Positions 1 through 9,982 of a DNA stretch of 64,000 nucleotides are shown here, one piece after another. The stretch's first letter is position 1, and every line of letters begins with the position of its first letter. The notes under the pieces are model-generated. The model was not told the DNA's origin. It did not search any database and saw only the letters and a program-made list of their open reading frames with translations. The translations under genes were made by a program, and so were the position numbers. Source of the DNA: an uncultured Alphaproteobacteria bacterium (GTDB lineage: Bacteria > Pseudomonadota > Alphaproteobacteria > RF32 > CAG-239); NCBI GenBank assembly GCA_944393685.1, contig CALYAW010000003.1, positions 46,133 to 110,132 on the forward strand. Reading direction: 5' to 3'.

Positions 1-2052
1 CTTTCTTTGTATGCTTTGTATTTTGCTTTTATGAAGACTTCTTATTCTTTTAATTTTTGGTATGTCTTAAATAATCATTTTGCGAAACTTGCAGATATTG
101 AAAAAATGGGATTACATAAAGGAATTTTGTTGGTTTTGGGAAGATTTCAGGATTATATCTTGGGCGTAACAAAACCTGCAAATATTTTGTGTATTGGCGA
201 AACTGGGTGCGGAAAAACATCGTCTGTCGCAATTCCCTCAATTTTACGTTCCGATAATGTGAGCGTTTTGGCTGTTGATAATGCCGGAACTTTAGCCAGG
301 CACACCAGTGGTCACAGAGCTGAAATCGGTAAAGTTTTTTATTTTAATTGGGATTTGGCTGATGATATTGATAAAGGAATTTTTTATCCTAAGTGGAATC
401 CTTTATGTATTGCTCAATTGCCCCCAAAGGGAAAAAAACGTGACGATTATCTTAAAAAAATTGCTTCTTGTTTGATTGCTGCCGATGAGGAGCATGAAGA
501 AGGAAATTATTGGTATTGGTTGAGTGAAAATGTTATGAACACAATGCTTGCTTTTTTGGTGGCAAAAATTTCGCAAGCTATGGCAAATGATTATTTCTTG
601 GATAAAATTTTGGAAAAACATTCTCTTAAAAAAGAAGAAAAAGAGGTCTTGCTTAGCTATTATTTAATGATGCCAGATGAGCTTACCCATGATATTGTCA
701 ATAAGTTGAAAAAATCTCCAATAATCAATGCCGAAGATTATATCCCTATCGGAAGCTGGGATGGTATTCCCGATTGTTGGAAAGGAAAAGATTTGTGTCT
801 GGCAATGTTGACCGATTGGTTGTTGCAAAATTATTTAGTTGCCAAGGACAAGGATAACCGTAATGATTGGCGAGTTTGGTTGGAAAAATTGATCGTTGAA
901 GCCGGTGTATTTAATTACGGAAGTAATATTATTCATGGAATTGAACAATTTTTGTATTTGTCTAAGCAACAGCGACAAATTGTTTTTGTTTGTATGGTGA
1001 GGCCATTAAAAAGTTTTATTAATCAGCTTGTCAGAGAAAAAACAAGTGTTAACGATTTTAATGTTGCGGATTTTCATGGTATTAAAAACAAGGAAACAGG
1101 TAAAATTGAGCCTGTGACGGTTTATGTGGTTGCAAATACGCGCAGCTCCAAATTCGTTAGCAGAATATTCATGGAATTGATGCTGGAACAGGGTGTTGTG
1201 GAGGGGAAAGCAAAAGGCGCATTTCCTTTGTTGGTGGTTCTTGATGATGTTGGTCAGATGCTTAAAGTGACAACACTGCCTGCTGCCGTCGCAAAAGGTG
1301 CTGCTATGAGGACATCGTTTTTGTTGTTGTGTAATAGTCTTAATAGTGTCGAAAATATGTATACTAAAGAAACATTGGAAGAATTGGTTTGTAATTCAAA
1401 TTATAAGATTATTATGGCTGATGATAATAAAAAAATGAGTAGACAGTTGAAAAAACTGGCAATTTTTGCCACAAGGTCTGTGCAGATTTCTTTGGATAAA
1501 AGAAGATCTTTGAGATCTCGTCGTGTTTATGCCGATGCTAATTATTTTCACCGTTTGGCTAAGGATTTTGAAACAAATCATAATCTGCGTATTAAGACAC
1601 GCGATTATCAGGTGGTTTTAGTTGAAGGTTATTATAATCGTCCAATTTTGGCTCGTAATATTCATTATATCAAAGATGATAAGTTTAAGGAAAAGGCAAT
1701 AAAAGAGGCTTGTTATGCCTTAAATGAGCAAGTTATTGCAAATCGAAATATTCAAGATGCCGGAACTCCCTCAATAGATGAAGTGCTTGCTGATATTGAT
1801 TTGGGTATAGATGATGAAATAGAATTAAAACAGTTTATGAATATGGCTTATGACGATGTTAAAAGCAAGATGCCTTCAGAAACAGATGTTAACAGCGTGA
1901 TTGCTAATGATATTTCTGAAAAATGGCATGGAGAGATTGAGCAAAATGGTAAGCAAAAAATATCGTCGCCACATGATGAATGGTGGTTAGGCGAAAAAGC
2001 TTTTGGTATTGGAAATCCTTCCAATACACAAAATCCATTTGCTAAAAAATAG
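1..2052 (+). CDS. Type IV secretion coupling protein-like P-loop NTPase (VirD4/TraG/TrwB family), 5'-truncated at the window edge
   Basis: The reading frame is open to position 1, so the TTG at 7 is not a real start. A Walker A motif GETGCGKTS is followed by VAIPSIL..VLAVDNAG..NPL, and later by a hydrophobic LLVVLDDVGQM (Walker-B-like) segment. This order of motifs is typical of T4SS coupling proteins. The N-terminal membrane domain would lie upstream of the window. Confidence 0.5.
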   Translation, partial: LSLYALYFAFMKTSYSFNFWYVLNNHFAKLADIEKMGLHKGILLVLGRFQDYILGVTKPANILCIGETGCGKTSSVAIPSILRSDNVSVLAVDNAGTLARHTSGHRAEIGKVFYFNWDLADDIDKGIFYPKWNPLCIAQLPPKGKKRDDYLKKIASCLIAADEEHEEGNYWYWLSENVMNTMLAFLVAKISQAMANDYFLDKILEKHSLKKEEKEVLLSYYLMMPDELTHDIVNKLKKSPIINAEDYIPIGSWDGIPDCWKGKDLCLAMLTDWLLQNYLVAKDKDNRNDWRVWLEKLIVEAGVFNYGSNIIHGIEQFLYLSKQQRQIVFVCMVRPLKSFINQLVREKTSVNDFNVADFHGIKNKETGKIEPVTVYVVANTRSSKFVSRIFMELMLEQGVVEGKAKGAFPLLVVLDDVGQMLKVTTLPAAVAKGAAMRTSFLLLCNSLNSVENMYTKETLEELVCNSNYKIIMADDNKKMSRQLKKLAIFATRSVQISLDKRRSLRSRRVYADANYFHRLAKDFETNHNLRIKTRDYQVVLVEGYYNRPILARNIHYIKDDKFKEKAIKEACYALNEQVIANRNIQDAGTPSIDEVLADIDLGIDDEIELKQFMNMAYDDVKSKMPSETDVNSVIANDISEKWHGEIEQNGKQKISSPHDEWWLGEKAFGIGNPSNTQNPFAKK

Positions 2053-2115
2053 CTGTTAAAACAAAAAGTTTCTGCTATATATTAAAAATATTGTCACAAT
2101 AGAATCGGAATAATT

Positions 2116-3432
2116 ATGGAAGAAACTCTCTTTTCAGCAAAAATTAAGCGTCCGTTGGCAGATCGACTGCGTCCAAAGACACTGGATGAGGTTGTTGGAC
2201 AAGATCATGTCGTGGGAGATAATGCTCCATTGGGACGAATGATTAAAAGCGGCAAAATATCTTCTTTCATTTTGTGGGGGCCTCCGGGATGCGGAAAAAC
2301 AACCATTGCGCGTTTGATAGCCGAAAATACAAAACTTTATTTTGAGCAGATTTCTGCAGTGTTTTCCGGTGTGGCTGACTTGAAACGCGTGTTTCAGTAT
2401 GCTCAAGATAGACGAGCTCACCAAGGGCAGGGAACATTGCTCTTTGTTGATGAAATTCATCGGTTTAATAAATCTCAGCAAGATGGTTTTTTGCCCTATG
2501 TCGAAGACGGAACAATTATTTTGGTGGGAGCAACAACTGAGAATCCTTCGTTTGAGCTTAATGCCGCTTTGTTATCTCGATGTCAGGTTTTTGTTTTAAA
2601 TAGGTTGAGTATTGATAATTTTGAGGAATTATTACTTCGTGCAGAAAAAGAAGAAGGACGTAAACTGCCGGTCGATGATGAGGCACGAATGTTTATGAAA
2701 GAAACCGCAGACGGTGATGGAAGATATATTCTTAATCTGGCTGAAAGTGTGTGGAATTACGCGCAAAACGGTGAAATTTTTGATAAAGAAAATATTGTTA
2801 AGATTATTCGTTCAAGAGCACCAATTTATGATAAAGGGCGTGATGGACATTATAATCTGATTTCTGCCGTTCATAAATCTTTACGTGGTTCCGATGTCGA
2901 CGCCGCTCTTTATTGGGTGGCCAGAATGCTGGAATCGGGAGAAGATCCTAAATATTTGTTGAGGCGGATGACGCGTTTTGCGGTGGAAGATGTTTCTTTG
3001 GCTGATCCCAATGCCGTGACGCAGGCGATTGCTTGCTGGGAAACGTATGATAGATTGGGATCGCCAGAGGGTGATTTGGCAATTATGCAGTTGGCGGCCT
3101 ATTTGGCAACAGCTCCAAAATCAGTTGGTGTTTATAAAGCCATGTATGCGGCAAGAGACTTGGCTAGGAGAACTGGTTCTTTGATGCCGCCGAAAAATAT
3201 TTTAAATGCACCGACAAAACTGATGAAACAACTCGGGTATAGTGATGGTTATGAATATGATCCGGATTGTGAGGATGGATTTTCGGGTGCTAATTATTTT
3301 CCGGATGGGATGTCTAGGGTTAAATTGTATCATCCTGTTGACAGAGGATTTGAAAGAGAAATTAAAAAACGGGTGGATTATTTTGATAAATTGCGTATAG
3401 AAAAACAAAAAGCCAAAGGAATAAAAAAGTGA
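2116..3432 (+). CDS. rarA: Replication-associated recombination protein A (AAA+ ATPase RarA/MgsA)
   Basis: Walker A motif GPPGCGKTT, an AAA+ box, a MgsA C-terminal helical domain, and a length of 438 aa. Confidence 0.9.
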   Translation: MEETLFSAKIKRPLADRLRPKTLDEVVGQDHVVGDNAPLGRMIKSGKISSFILWGPPGCGKTTIARLIAENTKLYFEQISAVFSGVADLKRVFQYAQDRRAHQGQGTLLFVDEIHRFNKSQQDGFLPYVEDGTIILVGATTENPSFELNAALLSRCQVFVLNRLSIDNFEELLLRAEKEEGRKLPVDDEARMFMKETADGDGRYILNLAESVWNYAQNGEIFDKENIVKIIRSRAPIYDKGRDGHYNLISAVHKSLRGSDVDAALYWVARMLESGEDPKYLLRRMTRFAVEDVSLADPNAVTQAIACWETYDRLGSPEGDLAIMQLAAYLATAPKSVGVYKAMYAARDLARRTGSLMPPKNILNAPTKLMKQLGYSDGYEYDPDCEDGFSGANYFPDGMSRVKLYHPVDRGFEREIKKRVDYFDKLRIEKQKAKGIKK

Positions 3433-3788
3433 TAAATTTGTTGAGTGTCTTTATCGGCGGTGGGGTAGGCTCAGTGTTGCGGCATATGGTTTGCTTGTGT
3501 GTAGGAAGCCATTGGGCAGTTTTCTTTGTGAATATTTTAGGAGCATTGTTTATTGGGGCTGCTTATGAATTTTTTGCTCTTAAAATTGATTTTCGACCGG
3601 AGTTGCGCAGTTTTATTATGACCGGACTGCTTGGAGGTTTTACAACTTTTTCTACATATATGCTTGATTTTGGAATGTTGTTGAACGGCCAAAAAACAGG
3701 AGAAGGGATATTGTATTTGTTTGCTTCATTGATTGTGGGATTGGTCTTTTTATTTGCCGGAATGAAAATTATACGTTTGTGTTTTTAG
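3429..3788 (+). CDS. crcB: Fluoride ion channel CrcB/FluC
   Basis: A 119-aa four-helix membrane protein with the conserved GGFTTFSTY motif. It overlaps the rarA stop by 4 nt. Confidence 0.85.
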   Translation: MINLLSVFIGGGVGSVLRHMVCLCVGSHWAVFFVNILGALFIGAAYEFFALKIDFRPELRSFIMTGLLGGFTTFSTYMLDFGMLLNGQKTGEGILYLFASLIVGLVFLFAGMKIIRLCF

Positions 3789-3803
3789 GACGAAAGAAAT
3801 ATT

Positions 3804-4736
3804 ATGGCGGGTGTAGAGTATATAAAAGTTAAAAAAATCGATGAGGGAATGCGTCTGAATCGTTGGTTCTTGAAATATTATCCCGGCCTTGGATTGGGGC
3901 GCTTGAACAAACTCTTGCGTACAAAACAAATTAAAGTTGATGGCTTACGAGCTGAAGCCGGATTGAAATTATCCTCGGGACAAGAAATCAGAGTGCCACC
4001 ACTTGAAAAGGAGGCTCTTGAGGGAAAAGAAAATAATGTTGTTTCGGAGCGAGATGCCGCTTTTATTCGTTCAGCGGTTATTTATAAAGATAAAAATATT
4101 ATTGTTTTGAATAAACCTTCCGGAATTGCCGTGCAAGGAGGAACGAATACTGTTCGTCATATCGACGGAATGCTTGATGCTTTGAGATTTGATTATGATG
4201 AAGCTCCGCGATTGGTTCATCGAATAGATAAAGATACCAGCGGAGTTTTGGTTTTGGCAAGAAATCGTAAAAATGCGGAGATTTTAACAAAAGCTTTTCG
4301 TGAGCGTGATTTGCACAAAACTTATTTGGCTTTGGTTAACGGATGCCCCAAGCAAAAATACGGGCAGGTTAAAAACAGAATTGACAAGCAGGATGATAAA
4401 ATGGTCGTTTCTTCGGATGGAAAGGCGGCGTTGACCGATTATCGCATCATTGATAGTGTGGGAAATAAGTTTGCATTGGTTGAGGCTAGACCTTTGACCG
4501 GAAGAACGCATCAAATTCGGGTGCATATGGAGTGTTTGGGATGTCCGATTGTCGGGGATGATAAATATTTTGGACGTTTGAAACAAAAAATCGATGGAAT
4601 CGGCAATAAACTGTATTTGCATGCTTATAAAATAGATTTATCGGAAATATATAATAAAAAGATGGAAATTTGTGCACCGCTTCCGAAACATTTTTTGACG
4701 GCCATGAATGCATTGGGATTAACATTGGAGAATTGA
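3804..4736 (+). CDS. 23S rRNA pseudouridine synthase, RluA/RluC family (S4 domain plus catalytic HRIDKDTSG motif)
   Basis: An N-terminal S4-like RNA-binding region, the catalytic Asp motif HRIDKDTSGVLVLA, and RTHQIRVH. Confidence 0.85.
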   Translation: MAGVEYIKVKKIDEGMRLNRWFLKYYPGLGLGRLNKLLRTKQIKVDGLRAEAGLKLSSGQEIRVPPLEKEALEGKENNVVSERDAAFIRSAVIYKDKNIIVLNKPSGIAVQGGTNTVRHIDGMLDALRFDYDEAPRLVHRIDKDTSGVLVLARNRKNAEILTKAFRERDLHKTYLALVNGCPKQKYGQVKNRIDKQDDKMVVSSDGKAALTDYRIIDSVGNKFALVEARPLTGRTHQIRVHMECLGCPIVGDDKYFGRLKQKIDGIGNKLYLHAYKIDLSEIYNKKMEICAPLPKHFLTAMNALGLTLEN

Positions 4737-4739
4737 CAT

Positions 4740-6839
4740 ATGAGATTTATCAAAATTTTGTCTTCAATAATTTTTAGTTTATTGATTATTTTGGCAATAG
4801 GAGCTTATTTGGCGGTTCGGCATTTTGATTTGAACCAATATAAATCATATGTGGAAGACATGGTGCGTCGCGAAACGGGACGACAGCTGAAAATCAATGG
4901 AGATGCCGCGGTTGCGATTTCGTTGGTTCCGACTATCGTGATTAATGATGTCGAGTTGTCTAATGCTGATTGGGCTGATATGCCGCAAATGTTTAAAATT
5001 AAACAAATAGAGGTTAAATTTGCATTGCTTCCGTTGCTTAAAAAACAGGTTGTGATTGATAAAATTTTGCTTAGCGAACCACAAATTTATCTGCAAAAAA
5101 AATCTGACGGTATAACTAATTGGGAATTTGGAGCGTCGCAAACGGCTCAATCTCTCAAAGCAAATACGGATGATAAGGCGAAAAGATATGCAGGGAATTC
5201 TCAAACGGCGTTATTGGCAGGTTTTGCCGCTCGCAACGTGTTGATCGAAAACGGTGTTGTTCAATACGTAGATGAGAAAAGTACTCAAACTGTTGAAATT
5301 AAAAGCCTAATGTTTAGTATTCCGAGTATTAATGAGAATATAGGGATAGATTTTGAAATTGTTTATAACGGTGAGCCAATAGAAGGAAAAGCAACTCTTG
5401 GTTCAATTACGACTTTTATGCAAAAAGATGTTCCTTTTCCCGTTATAATGGATGTAGATGCTTATAAAATTGATGCTTCTGTGAGTGGAAGTATTATTGG
5501 TTTGTTAACTGATACTCCGGTGTATGCTTTTGAAACTAATATTTATAATCCCGCCAGTAATTTTAATGCTCCTGAAATTTCTTTGCAGTCGAGAATTGAC
5601 GGAGATATTAATGGTCTCAAAGCGGATGTAAAAGTTTTAAATGTGGCAGAAAATCTTATTATGGGAAGTTTGGAAGCTAAATGGAATTCTCAAGTGCCTT
5701 GGATAAAAGCTAATTTGAGGAGTGACAAATTTGATATTGAGAGTCTTAGTGTCAAATCTTCTCCGTTGGCATTTGAAATTCCGTCGTTTGTTGCCGAGGC
5801 TCAGGCTTTGTCTTTGCCAAATGAGACAATACCTTATCAAGAATTAAAGAAAATTAACGCCGATGTTATTCTTGATATTAAAAAATTGGTCGTTAATCCT
5901 AGCTTACAAGCGGATAATGTTTTGGCAACCATAAAACTTAATAACGGTCTTTTGCAAGTAAATCCGATTGAATTTGTTGCTGGCGGAGGTAGTTTGTTTG
6001 GAAAACTTACAATTGATGCCGGAAAGCAAACAATGAAAATGGATATTAATGGAAAAGATATGAAATTGCAAAGTTTGCATTCTGAATTTGCGGTTAGTGA
6101 CGGAAAAGATTTTGGTGTCTTGGATGGTGGTAATTTAGATGTTTATATAACGGCCTTTTCTTCCGGTTCAACTTATCAGCAAATATTGTCTAATTTAGAC
6201 GGTAGTATGGTAGGAATTGTTGGAAAGTCAAAATTACAGACGGGAGCTTTGAAGTTTTTGAAAGGTAATATTCTAACACAGCTGTTGGATGTCCTTAAAG
6301 TAGATTCTTCCAAAGCCAATAAGTTAGATTTGACTTGTGCGGTAGTTCGGACGGATATAACCAAAGGGAAAGCTGTTTTTCCACGCGGTATTGCTTTTGA
6401 CTCAAAACAAATTACAATCGTGAGTGATGGGCAAATTAATTTGCTAAATGATAAACTTAACTTCACAATTGAGCCGTCAATGAATAAATTGGCCAGCGGA
6501 AATGTTACGCAGGCTTTGGCTTCTTTTGTGAAAGTTAGCGGAACGCTTGATAATCCTAAAATCGGTCTTGATAATAAAGAAGCTGTTAAAACTCTTATCG
6601 GAGTGGCTGCTACCGGTGGCGTTTCTTATTTGGGTTCTCAAGTTTTTTTGAATGGAGACGGAAGTCCTTGCTATACAGCTTTGCAGGGAACTGCTTATGC
6701 TTCTCGCTTTCCCAAACCAAGCGGACTTAAGGCAACAACTCAGGATGCCGTCGGAGAAACGCAAAAACAACTTGAAAAAGGTTTTAAGGATATAAAAAAT
6801 ACCGCTAAAGATATTCTAAAGTCTTTTAAATTGAAATAG
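4740..6839 (+). CDS. AsmA-family outer-membrane assembly protein
   Basis: An N-terminal signal-anchor helix followed by a long beta-rich, Asn/Gly-rich periplasmic domain. The 699-aa length and N-terminal region are typical of the AsmA family. Confidence 0.6.
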   Translation: MRFIKILSSIIFSLLIILAIGAYLAVRHFDLNQYKSYVEDMVRRETGRQLKINGDAAVAISLVPTIVINDVELSNADWADMPQMFKIKQIEVKFALLPLLKKQVVIDKILLSEPQIYLQKKSDGITNWEFGASQTAQSLKANTDDKAKRYAGNSQTALLAGFAARNVLIENGVVQYVDEKSTQTVEIKSLMFSIPSINENIGIDFEIVYNGEPIEGKATLGSITTFMQKDVPFPVIMDVDAYKIDASVSGSIIGLLTDTPVYAFETNIYNPASNFNAPEISLQSRIDGDINGLKADVKVLNVAENLIMGSLEAKWNSQVPWIKANLRSDKFDIESLSVKSSPLAFEIPSFVAEAQALSLPNETIPYQELKKINADVILDIKKLVVNPSLQADNVLATIKLNNGLLQVNPIEFVAGGGSLFGKLTIDAGKQTMKMDINGKDMKLQSLHSEFAVSDGKDFGVLDGGNLDVYITAFSSGSTYQQILSNLDGSMVGIVGKSKLQTGALKFLKGNILTQLLDVLKVDSSKANKLDLTCAVVRTDITKGKAVFPRGIAFDSKQITIVSDGQINLLNDKLNFTIEPSMNKLASGNVTQALASFVKVSGTLDNPKIGLDNKEAVKTLIGVAATGGVSYLGSQVFLNGDGSPCYTALQGTAYASRFPKPSGLKATTQDAVGETQKQLEKGFKDIKNTAKDILKSFKLK

Positions 6840-6847
6840 GAGGGATA

Positions 6848-7345
6848 ATGTCTGTGAAATTGGAACAAGCAGCTGCCGAGATTAAAAAATATCGTTCAGA
6901 AATTATTGATAAGTTAATGAAATATGCGGCAACTGACATGTTGCTTTTTTGGGGAACAGACAAAGACTTGATTCTTCGTCAGGAAGAAGTTTGGGGGCCT
7001 TTGCTACAATGGGCTTCAAAAGAATTTGGCGAAAAATTTGAGAAAACTCACGGATTAGAGGTTAGCGAAGAAAATCAAAAATCAGGTTACCGATTGAAGG
7101 CTTTTTTAGATGGTCTCAGCGATAAAGAATTAGCTGCTTATTATTTGGCCGCATTGAATATGAGGTCTGTTTTATTGGCCGCTGCTTTAATTAAAGGACG
7201 TATTAACGCTGAGCAAGCTTATAAAGCTGCTTATTTGGAGCAGCTTTTTCAGGAAGAAGTTTGGGGTGAAGATTTGGAATCAAAAGCTAAACTTGCAGAA
7301 CGTAAAAAAGAATTAGAAGATATTGAGAACTTTTTAGAAAAATGA
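6848..7345 (+). CDS. ATP12-family F1-ATPase assembly chaperone-like protein
   Basis: A 165-aa protein with helical EEVWG(E)D motifs repeated at both ends. The family resemblance is recalled, not computed. Confidence 0.4.
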   Translation: MSVKLEQAAAEIKKYRSEIIDKLMKYAATDMLLFWGTDKDLILRQEEVWGPLLQWASKEFGEKFEKTHGLEVSEENQKSGYRLKAFLDGLSDKELAAYYLAALNMRSVLLAAALIKGRINAEQAYKAAYLEQLFQEEVWGEDLESKAKLAERKKELEDIENFLEK

Positions 7346-7629
7346 AAGAAGTTTATATAAAAATTAAAGGACGCGTTCAGGGAATCGGCTATCGGCGTTT
7401 TGCTGTTTCTGAGGCTCGGCACATCGGTGGCATTTCGGGTTGGGTGCATAATGCTGCGGATGGTAGTGTTGAAATTTTAATGCGCGGTGAAGAAGAAAAT
7501 ATTGATGCAATGATTTTAGCTTGTCGCAAGGGTCCCCTTTTGGCCAGAGTGGACAGTATTGATTTTGTCGTCGGACGTATAAGTAGTTTTTTGCCTCCAA
7601 TAGAAGATGGCGTTTTTAAACGGGTTTAA
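7342..7629 (+). CDS. acyP: Acylphosphatase
   Basis: A 95-aa protein carrying the VQGVGYR-type signature (VQGIGYRRF) and GWVHNAADGSVEI. Confidence 0.8.
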   Translation: MKEVYIKIKGRVQGIGYRRFAVSEARHIGGISGWVHNAADGSVEILMRGEEENIDAMILACRKGPLLARVDSIDFVVGRISSFLPPIEDGVFKRV

Positions 7630-7729
7630 ATTTCATATTGTCTAATATCTTTAGTAGTGTCTATTCCAAAGGTCTATTGTATTTGAAATACCAGAATATA
7701 CATAAGAAAGGTGATTTAACCAAAGGAGT

Positions 7730-8059
7730 ATGTCAATGCTGGTTGCCAAAACAAAAGAAAATCTGAAAGAATGTCAATGTCGTCATTGTCCATCTTATAC
7801 ATTGGGGTGTAAAATTAAAAATTATCCTGTTAATGCTTTGAAAATGTTTGATGATTTGGATAGGGTCGAGCATTTTGAGGGAATGTTTTGCGCTTTTGAA
7901 AAAAGCCATTGTATTGAAGAGGAACGAGGGTGTTTGTGTGAAACATGTCCTGTTTATGCCAAGTATGATTTGGTAAGAGATGAATATTGTATGAAAACGG
8001 GTGGAAAAATATCTCGCGGATGTGTTGTCGGTTTTGATGAAACCGTTGTACAACACTAG
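7730..8059 (+). CDS. Cysteine-rich small protein (11 Cys in 109 aa), function unknown
   Basis: Motifs CQCRHCPSY..GC and CLCETCPVY..C..C. It is likely metal-binding or DUF2769-like. Confidence 0.4.
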   Translation: MSMLVAKTKENLKECQCRHCPSYTLGCKIKNYPVNALKMFDDLDRVEHFEGMFCAFEKSHCIEEERGCLCETCPVYAKYDLVRDEYCMKTGGKISRGCVVGFDETVVQH

Positions 8060-8065
8060 ATCGGG

Positions 8066-8569
8066 TTGCAAGTAATGCAGGCGGAAATAGATAATAAATT
8101 GGTGCCAAATTCTATTGTGCAGGCTTATAAGCAGGCATATCAAAATGCCGAAAAAGCCGGTACACCGGATGGTAGAATTCAGGCATATGCCAAGGTTATC
8201 GAGTTTTGCGCAAATACGAGTTCTTGCCGCTGGAATCCTAATATAAAGCGCAATGTTTTGTTATATTGGGCTCATAATAATATCGCACAAGCATTAAAAG
8301 AAAAAAATCAACCGTTGGAAGCTCTGAAATATTGGCAAAAAGCGGTTTATTTAGCCGGTGATAATCGGCAAAAAATAAATATTTGGGAACGAATGTTAGA
8401 AACATGGGGTAATGCTCCGGTCAGTGTTACGCAACGCTGTGAAGAGATTATCAGACTCAGCAACCTTCTATCGGAAGCTTATATGAGGGAAGGATTGCTA
8501 AATGAAGTTGCTCGTCTTGAGAGGTTAAAAGAAAAAGTTGTTAATCTGGTAAAAAAGGCCGAGAATTAA
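8066..8569 (+). CDS. Hypothetical helical protein
   Basis: A 167-aa ORF lying 6 nt downstream of the Cys-rich gene with coding-like composition. No motif was recognised. Confidence 0.4.
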   Translation: MQVMQAEIDNKLVPNSIVQAYKQAYQNAEKAGTPDGRIQAYAKVIEFCANTSSCRWNPNIKRNVLLYWAHNNIAQALKEKNQPLEALKYWQKAVYLAGDNRQKINIWERMLETWGNAPVSVTQRCEEIIRLSNLLSEAYMREGLLNEVARLERLKEKVVNLVKKAEN

Positions 8570-9978
8570 TCTCGACCTTTTGGGTTTTGACATAAAATAT
8601 CATATTCTTCTTTTTTATGTTTGAGCATTTGGGCATTGCTTCCTTCAAGCGGAGCAAATTTGCGTGCAATTGTATATTGCGGAAGTTGTGCTCGGATTTC
8701 AGCAATGGGGAGAGTCCATGCTTGAGGGCGAATGCGAATCCTTTTTTCTTGTCCGGCAGAAACTTTGGAGCTAATTTCGCCGCTGAGAGCATCTTCAAAT
8801 GTACACTGTTTTAATTTGATGACGTTTAAGCTGCCGGGAATCAAAAATTCAATTTCTTCACCAGAGTTTATGTAGTTTCTTATTTCAAAAATGGCATCAT
8901 CTCCTTGCCATTCAACGATTGAGCCGGCAAAAAGCCAATCTCCGAGTGTTCGGGTGTATTCATAATTTTGGCTTATATTGGTTAATTTTCCGTCGTGAAA
9001 ACCTAAGCAATAACCACGGTTTTGCAATGTGTCTAGTTCACTCATATAATGTTGATAATTCCATTCTTGTGGGTTTTTGTACCAATCATCAATAGCTTGA
9101 CGATATACTCTGGCAACCGTTGCTGCGTAGTATTCTGTTTTGTTGCGACCTTCAACTTTAAGAGAATCCATTCCAATGGAAAGCAAATCATCTAACCTTG
9201 GCATCATGCACATATCTTTGGAGTTTAGAATATAACCGCCATGTTCATCTTCAACAACTTCAAAATATTCTCCCGGACGAAATTCTTCTTCTAGCAAAAA
9301 TTCGAAAGAGTCTTTATTATGTTCGTCAATAGTAAGCTCTTTGATTGTTCCGTCTTTGAGGCGTAAATGTAATTTATAATGCCACCGACAACAGTGAGCA
9401 CATTTTCCTTGGTTTGCGCTGCGGTCTGCCAAATAGTTGGAAATCAAACAACGTCCGGAATATGACATACACATTGCCCCATGCATAAAGCATTCCAACA
9501 AAATATCAGGACATTTTTGGCGTATTTCTTTCATCTCTTCAAAACTGACTTCTCGTCCGAGAACACAGAGTTTGGCACCTTGATTCTGCCAAAATTTTAC
9601 AGCTTGATAAGAACAGATGTTGGCTTGGGTGGAGACAAACAAGTTAAGTTCAGGGGCATGATCTCGTACGTATTGAAAAACACCGGGATCCGCAATTAAA
9701 ACACCGTCTGGTCTCAGTTGACGGAGAGTATCAAGAAAAGTGGGAAGTTTTTCAACATCGCGATTATGCATAAATAAATTGAGTGTTAAGTATATTTTTT
9801 TGTTATTTTGGTGTACAAATTCAATTCCTTCACTGAGTTCTTCCATGGTAAATTTGCTTTGTGCTCGAAGACACATGTCGGGAGTGCCGGCATATACGGC
9901 ATCAGCCCCGTAAAGGATGGCCGTTTTTAGTTTTACTAATGAACCGGCAGGAAGGAGAAGTTCGGCTTTTTTGAGCAT
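8566..9978 (-). CDS. Peptidase U32 family protein (PrtC/UbiU/TrhP-like)
   Basis: The N-terminus MLKKAELLLPAGS..AILYGADAVY is characteristic of U32. A Cys cluster and C-terminal U32 extension are present. Length is 470 aa. Confidence 0.8.
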   Translation of the reverse strand: MLKKAELLLPAGSLVKLKTAILYGADAVYAGTPDMCLRAQSKFTMEELSEGIEFVHQNNKKIYLTLNLFMHNRDVEKLPTFLDTLRQLRPDGVLIADPGVFQYVRDHAPELNLFVSTQANICSYQAVKFWQNQGAKLCVLGREVSFEEMKEIRQKCPDILLECFMHGAMCMSYSGRCLISNYLADRSANQGKCAHCCRWHYKLHLRLKDGTIKELTIDEHNKDSFEFLLEEEFRPGEYFEVVEDEHGGYILNSKDMCMMPRLDDLLSIGMDSLKVEGRNKTEYYAATVARVYRQAIDDWYKNPQEWNYQHYMSELDTLQNRGYCLGFHDGKLTNISQNYEYTRTLGDWLFAGSIVEWQGDDAIFEIRNYINSGEEIEFLIPGSLNVIKLKQCTFEDALSGEISSKVSAGQEKRIRIRPQAWTLPIAEIRAQLPQYTIARKFAPLEGSNAQMLKHKKEEYDILCQNPKGRD

Positions 9979-9982
9979 GGTG

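Noticed and set aside
50-621. Antisense ORFs inside the coupling-protein gene (50-241, 403-621). Many similar 60-140 aa antisense ORFs lie inside rarA, asmA, mrdA, hydS, sdaA and other genes.
   Set aside because: They are fully embedded in, or opposite to, long ORFs that carry strong conserved motifs. They have no motifs of their own and are typical spurious frames in AT-rich DNA.
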